A stretch of 64,000 nucleotides of DNA from an uncultured Clostridia bacterium (lineage in GTDB: Bacteria; Bacillota; Clostridia; Christensenellales; UBA1242): the NCBI GenBank assembly GCA_947366545.1, contig CANBAL010000001.1:50168-114167 (forward strand), read 5' to 3'. Numbering within the stretch: position 1 is the stretch's first letter; the number at the start of each line of letters is the position of its first letter. The position numbers and the translations under genes are program-made. The notes under the pieces were generated by a model, which worked only from the letters and a program-made list of their open reading frames with translations, searched no databases and was not told the DNA's origin. Shown piece after piece: positions 1 through 12,200 of the stretch.

Positions 1-2985
1 CTTCCAGCCAAGGCTCTTAGCAACAAGGCCAAGGTGAACTTCAAGAACCTGACCGATATTCATACGAGATGGAATACCAAGTGGGCTGAGTACGATATCA
101 AGTGGCTGTCCGTTTGCCATGAATGGCATATCTGCCTCTGGAAGAACGATAGAAACACAACCTTTGTTTCCGTGGCGTCCTGCCATCTTATCTCCGACTG
201 AAATTTTACGCTTTTGAGCAACTGTGACTTTAACCATCATGGTTACGCCTGGCTCAAGGTCATCTTTATTTTTCTTTGAGAATACTTGAACATCGACAAC
301 TACGCCACCCTTACCATGTTGTACACGGAGGGAGGTATCACGCACCTCTCTAGCCTTATCGCCAAAGATAGCACGGAGAAGTCTTTCCTCAGGTGTGAGT
401 TCGGTTTCGCCCTTAGGAGTAACCTTACCAACCAAGATATCGTTTGGATGCACCTCAGCACCGATTCTGATGATACCATTTTCATCAAGGTCTTTAAGTG
501 CCTCCTCACCAAGATTTGGAATATCTCTTGTAATCTGCTCATCACCTAGTTTTGTTGTACGGCATTTGATTTCTTGATCGTAAAGTGTGATTGATGTGTA
601 AACATCGTCTTTTACAAGGCGCTCATTAATAAGAATAGCGTCCTCATAGTTTTGTCCTTCCCAGTTCATATAACCGATAAGAACATTGCGGCCAACAGCA
701 AGTTCGCCATTATCAGTAGAGTATCCATCTGTGAGGATATCCCCTGCCTTCACCTTCTCCCCTTTCTTTACGCATGGGCGTTGGTTGAAACATACATCAT
801 CGTTTGCTTTTGCAAACTTAGTGAGTTCATAAATATCAATATTGCCATCTGGGCAAGATACTCTAATTTCGTCAGCTGAAACATAACTTACAACGCCGTC
901 ATGTTTTGCGAGGTGATTGCATCCGCAGTCGCGTGCTGCCTTTGCCTCCATACCAGTACCTACAATAGGTGCTTCTGGACGGAGAAGTGGCACTGCCTGA
1001 CGCTGCATGTTTGCACCCATGAGGGCACGGTTTGCCTCATCGCTGTTTACAAATGGAATAAGTGAGGTTGCCACCGAAATACATTGACGAGGTGACACAT
1101 CCATATAATCAACTTGATGTGCTGGGACCTCAGTCACTGTTGATCCGTGACGGCAGATAACACGCTTATTGACAAAGTGGCCTTCGCTGTCAAGTGGCTC
1201 GATTGCCTGAGCAATGAAACTTTCATTCTCAACATCTGCCATCTTATAGACGATTTTCTTAGTAACAATCCCTTTCTCCTTATCTACCACCCTATAAGGT
1301 GTTTCAAGGAAGCCATAGTCATTTACTTTAACATAAGCAGCAAGAGTGTTTAAAAGTCCGATTGATTGGCCTTCAGGTGTTTCAATAACACAAATTCGGC
1401 CATAGTGAGTATAGTGAATATCACGGATTTCAGGATCGGCACGTTCCTTCTTGATACCTCCTGGGCCTACCGCTGAAATACGGCGCTTCTGAGTTATACC
1501 AGAAAGCGGATTCTTTTGATCCATGATTTGTGAAAGTTGTGATTGCGAGAAGAAATCTCTAAGCGATTTGTTAACCGCTTTTGGATTCATAATTTGAGAT
1601 GGTGTAACCTCTACAAATTCACGACCTTGCAAGGTCTCTTTAACATTTGTGGAAAGTTTTGTTACGCCCGCTCTGAAAGCGTTGCAAGCAAGCTCGCCTA
1701 CTGTTGCCACACGCTTATTTGAAAGGTGTTCAATTTTATCTGTGCCTGCGATGCCTTCAAGTACATCAAGGTAGCAGCTGATTGTTGCGAGAATATCATC
1801 CATTGTGAGAGTAGTGATGATAAGGTCTTTTACGCTTGCCTTAATAGCCTCAATGCGTTTTTCCTTTGTCTTGTTTTCTTTAAGGATTTGTTGAAGTTTT
1901 GGATAGTACACATCCTCTTTTATGCCAAGTTCTTCTTGGTTGCAAGGGAATACCTCACTGAGAGTAACCCTGTTATTACCACGCATTAAGTGTTTCTTAT
2001 TTTGTAGTTGTACCCAAACCTCATTAATACCTGCGTTTTGTACTCTATTTGCAGATTCTTTTGTAAATACTTCACCTGCCTTAACAAGCACTTCGTCCCC
2101 ATCAACAAGGTTTTCTGCAGATACAAGTCCAACAAGTCTATCACGAAGAGCAAGTTTTTTATTGAATTTATATCTTCCAACTATTGAAAGGTTGTAGTAT
2201 GCGTCTGTAAAGAAGGATACATTAAGGAAACTTCTTGTAGTCTCAGCAGATGCAACATCGGCTGGACGAGTCTTTCTTGAAAATTCAATAAGTGCCTCTT
2301 CCTGAGTTGTTTGAGGCTCACGGTCAAGCACATTTTTAATATAGCGATTGTTACCAAATACCTTTAAAATCTCTTCGTTTGTAAAACCAAAGCATTTAAG
2401 GAAAAGACCAAGGCTGATTTTATTCTTTCGCTCAAGTACGATTTTAAGTGCTTCGTTTGCGCCCTGCATTACTTCAATCCATGTACCATGCACTGGAATC
2501 ATTTGAGCAATAAGGGTGGCATTATTTTCTTTCTCTCTTTTAAGGTATACGCTTGGGGCACGAACAATTTGACTGATTACTACCCTTTCTATACCATTGT
2601 AAATGAAAGAGCCTTGCTCAGTCATCATAGGAACATCACCCATGAATACCTCTTGCTCTACTGCTTGTCCTGTTTCCTCAACTACAAAGCGTGCCTTAAC
2701 TTTGAGTGGAGCAGAATATGTTGCACCACGGCGCTTGCACTCCTTTATAGAATATTTAGGCTCGCCAAATGGGAGAATCTCTGTGATATATAATTTTGCT
2801 TTTCCACTATAGTCTGTGAGTGGGAAAAATTCATCAAGCACAGCCTTGATTCCGTTTGTAAGGAAATTGTTATATGAATTCTTCTGGATGTCAAGAAGTG
2901 GTGGAACCTCTACCAGTTCTTCCGTCTTAGCGAAAGTATATCTTTCTGATTTACCATTTTTGATTTTTTTAACATTAACGGTCAT
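1..2985 (-). CDS. rpoB: DNA-directed RNA polymerase beta subunit, 3'-truncated by the window edge (absent from ORF track because open-ended)
   Basis: The reverse-strand frame is open from ATG at 2985..2983 (preceded by AAGGAGA) to position 1. The N-terminus reads MTVNVKKIKNGKSERYTFAKTEEL. The segment at 1..200 translates to VGDKMAGRHGNKGCVSIVLPEADMPFMANGQPLDIVLSPLGIPSRMNIGQVLEVHLG, the conserved RpoB catalytic-region signature. Confidence 0.95.
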   Translation of the reverse strand, partial: MTVNVKKIKNGKSERYTFAKTEELVEVPPLLDIQKNSYNNFLTNGIKAVLDEFFPLTDYSGKAKLYITEILPFGEPKYSIKECKRRGATYSAPLKVKARFVVEETGQAVEQEVFMGDVPMMTEQGSFIYNGIERVVISQIVRAPSVYLKREKENNATLIAQMIPVHGTWIEVMQGANEALKIVLERKNKISLGLFLKCFGFTNEEILKVFGNNRYIKNVLDREPQTTQEEALIEFSRKTRPADVASAETTRSFLNVSFFTDAYYNLSIVGRYKFNKKLALRDRLVGLVSAENLVDGDEVLVKAGEVFTKESANRVQNAGINEVWVQLQNKKHLMRGNNRVTLSEVFPCNQEELGIKEDVYYPKLQQILKENKTKEKRIEAIKASVKDLIITTLTMDDILATISCYLDVLEGIAGTDKIEHLSNKRVATVGELACNAFRAGVTKLSTNVKETLQGREFVEVTPSQIMNPKAVNKSLRDFFSQSQLSQIMDQKNPLSGITQKRRISAVGPGGIKKERADPEIRDIHYTHYGRICVIETPEGQSIGLLNTLAAYVKVNDYGFLETPYRVVDKEKGIVTKKIVYKMADVENESFIAQAIEPLDSEGHFVNKRVICRHGSTVTEVPAHQVDYMDVSPRQCISVATSLIPFVNSDEANRALMGANMQRQAVPLLRPEAPIVGTGMEAKAARDCGCNHLAKHDGVVSYVSADEIRVSCPDGNIDIYELTKFAKANDDVCFNQRPCVKKGEKVKAGDILTDGYSTDNGELAVGRNVLIGYMNWEGQNYEDAILINERLVKDDVYTSITLYDQEIKCRTTKLGDEQITRDIPNLGEEALKDLDENGIIRIGAEVHPNDILVGKVTPKGETELTPEERLLRAIFGDKAREVRDTSLRVQHGKGGVVVDVQVFSKKNKDDLEPGVTMMVKVTVAQKRKISVGDKMAGRHGNKGCVSIVLPEADMPFMANGQPLDIVLSPLGIPSRMNIGQVLEVHLGLVAKSLGWK

Positions 2986-3134
2986 TAGCATTCTCCTTAA
3001 TTTAAACGCAGTGTGAAAAATGAGCAAAAAAAGGACAATATAGCCTGATTAGGCCATAATTATCCCCTTATTTTTTAGTTATTTAACCTTAAAAATACTC
3101 AATTCTCTCACAATCGCCATTTATAGTTCATCTA

Positions 3135-3163
3135 ATTATATCAAAGTCGGCCATATCTGTCAA
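3135..3163 (-). promoter_or_regulatory. Consensus sigma-A promoter for rpoB (TTGACA-17 nt-TATAAT) with A/T-rich upstream tract
   Basis: The minus strand reads ttaataaaaaggTTGACAgatatggccgactttgaTATAATtagatg. The -35 is at 3158..3163, the -10 at 3135..3140, with an exact 17-nt spacer, about 150 nt upstream of the rpoB ATG. Confidence 0.6.
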
Positions 3164-3193
3164 CCTTTTTATTAAAAAAATTTTAAAATATAT

Positions 3194-3219
3194 TAAAAAA
3201 TGGCGACATTTTTCGCCAT
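3194..3219 (-). terminator. Rho-independent terminator ending the ATPase/giant-lipoprotein operon
   Basis: Directly after the TAA stop (3223..3225), the minus strand reads ATGGCGA-aaaatg-TCGCCAT followed by TTTTTT. This is a 7-bp GC-rich stem plus a U-tract. Confidence 0.7.
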
Positions 3220-3222
3220 TTT

Positions 3223-6200
3223 TTATCTAAGCCAAGTGAAAGTAAATTCAATTTTGAGTGTAACGCCGTTTGGAGTGAGGGTTTCATCCTTATTCCAGTA
3301 CTCACCCCAATTACTATCTTGAGCAAAGTCGCCTACAACCATACTATAAACCTTATCTGGTGATAGCATATCTCCACCTGCATCAGCTCCACTACCTGTA
3401 CCAAGATAGGTGACACTAAGCATTGCTTTAAAACTAGCCACTTTTGCGGCATATGATAGGCAACAAGTCTTTGCTATTTCAGTAGCACCGCCATTGCCAA
3501 AGTAGAAAACATGACTATAACCACCGACCGCTGGATTATATTGATACTTATCTGTGCTTTTCTCTACAACTTCCACTGCACCAACATTGGTTTTATCTTG
3601 CAAGTTCACTGTGATACTAGCCGTGGTGAAACACCTCATCATTACACTTGGCATTCCCTTGCCTACAAGGCCGCCTACATTTGCTTTAATCTCAGAACTG
3701 CTTACATGTGTACGCACCTCGATATCTGCAAGAGCATAAGCATCTTGTATTATCATAGCATTATTGCCATTTCCAACAAGACCACCGACATTAACCTCGT
3801 TCACCCTGCCAGATGCAGTAAGCTTTGTCGCCTTCATTGCAACACGATTAATTGTAAGCCCCGACTCTGCGCTGCCAACAACTCCGCCAAGATTTTTTGT
3901 AACGGCGTCAATATTGCCACTAACAACACTATCTCTAATCTCAGAGCCGCCTTGTCCAAATGCAACTCTACCAACAATGCCGCCGACACTACTTGCTTCA
4001 TACGTCCTACCATCAACATTTTTGTTTGGTACGGAAAGCGCAATCTCGCTATACGCATTACTTATCACGCCACCCGCAAGGAGACCAGCGATACCACCTA
4101 CTGCATTTGGAACTTCAGGTGCTAACGAGAAGTATTCCCCATTGCTACCACTAATTTGGACTTTATTTAAATTGCCCTTTACTTCACCAACCGCAAGACC
4201 GCCATAAGTGAAGGCCTTTATTTTTAAAGCATCTGTAAGATTTACATGCAAGTATTCCACGCTCACATTACTATCAATACCACCAAATCCAAGCCCCACA
4301 CGGTCGCCCATTATGTTTGTAATGTTCTTTACATAAAGTTTTTGCAAGTTTCCTCTTCCGCCTGCAAAGCCAACAATTCCACCAGCATATGAATACCTTG
4401 AAATATTTGTCGAACTTTGAGTGTAAGAATTAGTGTCATACTCGGTGCTAGTGACCTCCTCTGGTGTATAGTATGCAATCACTGCAAGCGAACCTGTGAT
4501 GTTTTTCATGTTATATACATTTATCGCCCTGCCTACCACACCGCCTACAAAATTGCTGCCTAGCACGCTGAGGCTTTCTTCACTATATACCTCAACATTA
4601 TATATATTGCCATATGACAAGGTGCCAGCAAGTACGCCCACACAATTTGTACTAGTGAAACTTATTTCCCGTGGCTCAAGATTCAAGTTCATAATAGTTC
4701 CTTGACCTGAAGCAGAAGGATCCTTACCAATTTGTCCAAAGAGACCCGCATTGACTAAGGTGTCATTAGAGTACAACCTGTTTTGAGAGATTGTCATACC
4801 ATTGCCCTCAAAATTACCAAAGTATGTAATTTTATAGGTTTGAGATGGCTCAGACATGTTGCTGTAGTTGATATCTGCAATCAAACGATAGTTGTTATTG
4901 TTATAACCCGATTGCGTTATAGGTGCCAGCATATTTCTTTCAAAGCTTTCCGCACTCTCAATTACATATGGATTTTTTAAACTGCCAAGTGGTGCACTGC
5001 CCTCAGAATAGATATAGTCATAAATCACATCGCCAGATGCATCCTCGTAACTATTGTAAAGCACTTTTTGACTGTTTGCAAGTATATTTGGTGCAACAAG
5101 TTCTAGTCTACCACTGCCAAATTGAACATTATCAAAATCACTGGTTGTATTACCTTTGCTATAGAACCATACACTATTTACTGTCGTTGCACTTGCATAT
5201 GAGAAATCAGAGAAGTAGTTGTCTAAATCTGCAAAGTCTGCCTCTTGCAATCTCTGAGTGCCAGCAAACTTTTTGTCGTCTACTGAAGAGTTGATTGGGT
5301 CTTGAGGATGCCCTTTACTATCTTTAGAAGGACGATACAAGTAATAACAATTCTCAAAAGTGCCGACTGTGCCGTCAATAGAGTTCTCCCTTGCAAAGCC
5401 TGAAGAAGAGTCCACCCTATTTACAAGCACGCACAAACTAAAGCAATTTTTAATTGAGCCTGCATTATCATGTACAAAACCCGCCTTTGTAGAGCCGCCT
5501 TTTACCATACTGATATTAGAATAACAATCTATTATCTTTCCATTGTTTGCAAATACAAAGCCTGCACTTGGTTGTGAGGACTCGATATAATGCTCTGTAT
5601 CCGTGGTGTAAATCTTATCTTTCTCTGGTTGCCCAGAAACATAACTCGTCATAATTGTAGGAGCGTTTCTATCATTTCTATCTGCGGCAGAAGTACCATT
5701 TTCTACTACAAGTCCACCAACTTTATGTCCACGCGAACTATTGCATATTAATTTACCATTTTTATAATAACTGCTTGCAATCTTCTTTGTATTAACACCT
5801 GCAATACCTGCAACATTGAAATTGCTTGTAATATTTAAACTGCTGCGGCTGTTGGTGATATTACCATTATTCTGGCCAACAAGCCCCGCAACATAACATG
5901 AAGTGTTTTGATATTCTGGGCAAGATGCTGAGAACACATAGCCATTACGAGCATTTTCGTTTATGCCACTATGAACATAACAATTTGTGATATTACCACT
6001 ATTCTCACCTGCAAGTAAACCAGCACTAAATGACGATGCCGAAGTATTAAAGGTTGTATCACCCTTAAGTGCAAGGGTAAGATTCTTAATTACTGCACCA
6101 GTGCCAATTCTACGGAACAAACCTAAATTTTCACCGGTGAAGGAATAGCCACCATTGAAATATATTGTATGACCATTGCCGTCAAAGGAAGCAATTAAAG

Positions 6201-9200
6201 TTTCGATTGGAGTAAATTCACTTGTTAAATCTATATCTTGTAGAAGTATATAGTGTGAATTTGGTGTCAAATCTTGCAAATCACTTTCGTCATAAATTGG
6301 TATTGGATGATCACTTGAACTTGATTGATATACATTAAACCTAAACTCAGTGTAAAGCGATGAAGCATTTTCTTCAGAAGATGGCTGGTAAACACCCGTC
6401 TTTTCCTCTAACTGATACTTACTGCTGTAAGAGAAAATGTAGTAAGAATTTACATAATTGTGTGTGATAACAGGTGTAATATTTAACCCATTTGTCCTAA
6501 AATAATAATTATCAAAACTGCTTGTAGGCAAGATTGTTTGTTCGCTATTATATTTTTGGGTTGTAACGCCACCTCCAATAGGAACACCCGCATCATTTAA
6601 GTTGGTGTAAACTTTCCAATCTGCATTTTCAGTCATTGCATTTACAAAGGTATTTACTTTTGTTACTACGCTATCTATGGTTTTATCATATTCAATAATA
6701 GAATACAAATCTGCCTCTAGTGGCTGAATATTGCCAATTTGGACATTGATTACGCCATTGTCCATACCCTTTACAATATCTTTGAATGCGTCACCTTGAG
6801 TATACTGATAGCCAACAACATACTCTAGTATATTTACCGGCATATCAAAGGAGGCCGAGCGCTCATTCTCCCCTTCCTTATGATAAGCATTTGTGGAAAC
6901 GACAATTTGATAACCTGTTGTGAAATCTGCATAATTGATAGCATCTGGCTTGATATTTAGATAATAACTGCCATTTTCTAGTGTAACATATGCCACATTG
7001 CTGATTGTCGTTTTATCATAACTGCCATTGCTACTGCAAGCATAGACTTTAGGCTGCTCGATATCATCAAAAGTAAATCCATGATACTCTAAGTTAAGTT
7101 TATATTTAAGCCCTCTTGCAACACTATAAGAATGGTCAGCATTTTGGGTTTTTCCATCGATTGAAATTACTACCTTATTCTCAAGATGTACATCAAGAGT
7201 TATATTCTTGGTTTTTACAGGCTTTCCTTTGTCAAACACAGTCACCTTAAATTCTGCTTTAGCGTTGTCTGTAACACTGCTTGTGCCAACCATGTATTTA
7301 ATGTAAATAACACCATGATACTTTTCACTCTTATCGCCGTCATAGAATTTATTGATATCATTCCAGTAAATTCTAAGTCCATTTGGCACAGGGGCACCTA
7401 TTACTGTATTTTCAACAAACACTTTGTCAGTGGAATCCCCATTTGCCTTTTTTCTTCCCACCAGACTAAAGGAGCCTTTACCATTACCAAGGATGTTCGC
7501 TAAATCGGTGTTTACGATTTCAATGTAATCATAATCAGCATCATCAGGCGTAAGGCTGACAACCAAAAGGCCACTATTCCCCGCCTCAGCTTTTAAAGAT
7601 GCGTTTGAAAAGTCTTTATTTGTCTCTACATCCGTAATCTTGGAATAATTGTCAATTGAGATATCAGTGACTGCCATGCTTAAAAGCGTGAAAGGCACCT
7701 CACAAGAAATTTCGGGATTTGAATCCGCATATATTCTTATATAATAGTCTTTGTAAATATCTAAAGAATGACGATTTGTGTAATATGACGACATTCTCTC
7801 AATTGAAATGCCAACAACAAAATCTTGCCAGCCGATATTTGCACCCTCTTTAGGGTTGAACTCAACTTTAAATAGTCTATCGTCTTTTTTGTATAGATAA
7901 TTTAAGCCAAGTTTTTCATCACCTTGAAGAGGATTGCCTTCACTATCAAATATAGCGTATAGAGGCTGATTTTCCTTGCTTTGTGAATTGATGCGTATAT
8001 AATTTTCAGTCTCTTTATAGGTGTACACTGGCAACGAACCAAATCTTACTGTCATCTGCTCAGCACCCTTTGTATAGGTGACTGAGGCTTGTGTTATATG
8101 CTTATTTACATAACATATAGAGCCGTCATTTGACACAAGTTTCGTCCTAATGTCAAGAACATAAGTGCCTTCTTCACTGGCACTAGTTCTATTAATTATG
8201 ACATTTTGACCATTTGAAACAACATTTAAAGAAGTTGTATTAGGCGAAACGCTACCATCAAGACTTGTAAACCCTACAATAGATACTTCTGGAAGAATCT
8301 CGGTGTTTTGAACAAGGTTGATGCTTACATTTTCAAACAGACCTTGCCCCAAAGCGTTGAAAATCTCCTCTTCATTTAACGACAAACTATAATTTGGCTT
8401 TACATTCAACGCTACTGAATTATTGCCCTTTATCTCAAACGGACTATGATCGACCGGACGATTCCCTTTTGAGTTTGAATCGTATACTATCGAAATGCTT
8501 TCATCAGAATTGAAATAATTGACAGTTTTGATTATTATTTTCTTGTTTTTAATTTTATTTAAAACGCTGTTTACATTAATAACTGTTTCACCTGTCGCCT
8601 TGATTGTCATACGACCATATTCGTCAATAAACAAATTATTGCTGTTTTCTGTCTCAAGTATCACACCGTTTTTTGTAGGTTTGATTGGGTATAGTGGTGA
8701 TGTGGTTGAAAGAAAGTTGAAATTTTGATCGAGAATCGCTTGCAATGAAGCAACCTCATTCGTGTATGCTGCCTCAAAATAATAAGCATAGAAGGTATCA
8801 AAAGCACCTCTTTCAAAAGATTTAAACCCTTTATTTGCTTCTATTGTCCACAATTCCTTATCTAAAGTGAAGAACCATTGATACTTAATTTGTGCTTGTT
8901 CCTCGGCAGTAACGCCTTCTGACGCATATTGGATATAATCGCCATAATATGATGAAGAGTCTACACGTATATCAGTGATTTCTGCTGCACCATTCCCGCC
9001 ATTTTTAGTACGGTCAATGTAGGTCTTGACATTGGTTTCATTTATTTCAAGGGTGCTACCAGCACCAAACGCAATAACATTAAGATTTACAGAGTTGTCA
9101 CCTTCTGGTCGAGTTAAATAACGGATCACCATACTGCTTTCTGTGCCAGTATAGCCCTCGTCAACCGCTTGAATAAAATAGTCGCCATAATTTGTAGGAG

Positions 9201-12200
9201 TGTCTTTCCACAAAACATTTCCTGCAATAGCGCCGATATGTTCGCTTTTGCCTCTTACAAATGCACGCGATGTAATGCCCTTAAAAATTGCACCTGTTGA
9301 CTTTCCAACTACGCCCCCAACATAAGAGGATCCCTCTATTCTGCCGCCGACAAGTATCCCGTCACCCGCTGTGATTGTCGCGTCCACCTTCTCTCCATTT
9401 TCCAGTTTCTTTTTGCTGCCCTTGATATTGCCTTCGTTTAATCCTGTAACTCCGCCAACATAATCATCTGATGTATTTCCTTCGCTTTTTGAAACAGTTA
9501 TATTAACATAACTAAGATAGTTGGAATACCCTGTTAATATTAGATTTTGATAATCTATCTTTTCAATAGTTGCCGTCTCATCATTTAACCCGACAACACC
9601 ACCAACATTGACATTTCCATTTGCGACTACTGACAATGTAAAGTTGCCACTATATGCCAAAATGCGTGGACTTAATAGTCCGCCCTGTTCAAAAGCGGTA
9701 TAATCCTGCTTAATCGTACCATTATTTTCACCCGCAACAATACCAATATTTGCTATACCTAAAGTTGTAACCTGACTATTAGCAGTGATTTTTACCCCGA
9801 TATTTGTAAGCGTGCCATTATTGATTCCTGTCACAAGACCGATGTTGGCTTGTTCCACAGCTCCTTGCACGTTGATACTGCCTTCAAATTGTACATTTTC
9901 AATTTGTCCGCTTACGCTTGTAAATAACCCATAGTTATTACCTTCGCCTTTGGTAACTTTAATTCCTATTATAGCCGCATAACTTGTTTTACCAACTATG
10001 CTTCCAGAAAAATCACCAAGTGGGAGATTGTCATTGGTTATACTAGCAATATTAATAGATGTTGAAATTACATAATGAGAACTTAAAGAGTTCTTTATTG
10101 CAAGTACATCCTCTGCAGTTTCTAGTGTAAATGGATTTTCTGAAGTGCCATTGTTATAATTAATGGCAATTTCTAGAGGCCTATAACCATCTTTGATAAC
10201 ACCATTTTCATCAAGCCAATCAGTAGCGGCAATCGTTAAATGCCCCGTAAGGGAATTGTTAAGTTTTGCAATATCACTGGTTACAAAAGCATCGTCGACA
10301 TCTAAGCTTATTAAATAACTTCCATCTTCTTGTTTTTCTTTTCTGATACCTTTGTATTGTCCGTCAACACCTTTTTCACCGAAAATATTTGCATGTTGTA
10401 TTGTGCCATTAAGCGAAACACTTGCTGGTTGGAAAGAGACTTGTATATCCGGATTTGTTGCCTTATTCTCCGTCATATCATAAACTATCAAGGTTTTATG
10501 ACGGCTGGTTTCGCGGTTTTGTGAAGAAAAATTAAGTTCATCGATGTTTTTGGAAAGACTTAATCTGCTTACCTCTTGATAAGGTTCGCCATTTATCGTG
10601 ATTGAATATGAATAAAGAGTGTCTAATTGTTGTACATTAGCCACCAAAGTAATATTAAGTACACCAACGGAAGGAAGTGCGGTAAAAGTCATAGTATTAG
10701 GATTAAAGGTACCGAAAGTACCGATAGAATAGTCTCTATATGGATCGTTAGGGTTATAAGTTATTACACTATCCTCATATGTCCAATAAACATAGTTTTT
10801 ATTAAACTCGTCATATTGATATTTACTATTTGTTTGGTCATAGAAATAGTAACCCATTTTTCTAGGTTCAATCTCAAAGGTAGCACTGCGCAACCTATCA
10901 TTACTAACGCCTAGGTAAATATTTGCAAACGATGCATCGATTTTTGCCGTATAATCTCCGTTGCAGTCTCTTGTTTTATAGACATTCAGCCTCTCTATAA
11001 GACTGTAAGAAACGATATCTAATTTGAATTTTTGCTCAATAATATGTAATTTAAAGTCATCCGATACAGTGCTTAAATTGAGGTCTGCAATAATATATCC
11101 ATGACCGTCACCTGCCGTGGTTATAACAAAGGTTGTATCTACAGCACGATAGTTGTAACTAAAACCTGTTTCTTCGCTTTCACTTGGATTGGCATATTGC
11201 AAAACAGTGGATGCGGCATCATCATTCGCAACAAGTTTTACCTCGGCTTTAGTACTTTCATCATTATTTAAAATGAATATTCTAACTCCGTCAACACCGC
11301 TTTCATCCTCTTCTTCAGTGAAAGTTTCAGTTTCCACTATTGCACCATTTGCGTTTTCATACGCAATGCCAATTCGACCGTCAAAACTATCGCTAACAAC
11401 AAATCTAATGTCTTCACTTGTACCGTTATCAAGAGAGAGTGTATATACTCCGCTGCCGATTTTTCCACGAGTGCGCAAGTTCATAACAATTTTATAGCCC
11501 TCTGTATCGCCGCTATCATATCTTTCTCCGAGTGCGGCCTCACCTTCCATCATTATGACATCTTGACCACCCTCACCACCTTTATAAACTAAGGTTGCAT
11601 ATCGGAATTCTGCATTCGCATAAAATCCTTGGAAGGATATTCTATCAGTATTTTGTATAGGAAGATAAACACCAGTATTTTTATAATACTGATCTACTGG
11701 AAAAATTCTGCTTGCACCCTTTTTGATTGTGTATGGTATCTTCTTCTCAATAGCCCTAGTCTGTCCATGTATTTCGTAGGACACTGACAGCGTGATATCA
11801 CCGCTGCCTGTTGTTATCTGATCGCCACCTCTTACAAGCAAAGGTAAAGACAAATCATAAATATCAAATTCACCGGCAAGCCTTTCTTCTCCATTATATT
11901 TGACTGCCACTTGTTCATCAAAAGAGACTTTCATGCCAGTAAATACACAGTCCTTTGGACTTACCGATAAATTGAGATACTGCCATCCAAAATCACCAGA
12001 ATACTTATCATAAAATTCAAGTGCGTCTGGATTTGCCTTATTATTTACATAAATATCTGTTGGTTGATATATTATCTTAACTGGTATCTCCAAAGAGTAG
12101 TTTACGCTTTCATCCTCGGCATTTTTAAATCCATCAAAATAAAATTGCAGATTTATTTGTGTGTCTAAACTGGTGGAAGATTTATTATCTATTTTGAATA

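Noticed and set aside
3039-3058. Calling the rpoB leader hairpin a definite terminator/attenuator feature
   Set aside because: The T-run is separated from the 8-bp stem (which includes one G-U pair) by about 6 nt and the stem is AT-rich. It is mentioned in a finding but not listed as a feature.
3511-5294. A series of + strand ORFs (e.g. 3511..4125 at 204 aa, 3764..4207 at 147 aa, 4923..5294 at 123 aa) inside the giant gene
   Set aside because: They are antisense shadow ORFs of the GLUG-repeat coding region. Gly/Val/Asn-rich codons leave the opposite strand open. Their translations are low-complexity (Pro/Thr/Ser/Leu-rich), have no SD and lie entirely within a far longer, better-supported ORF.
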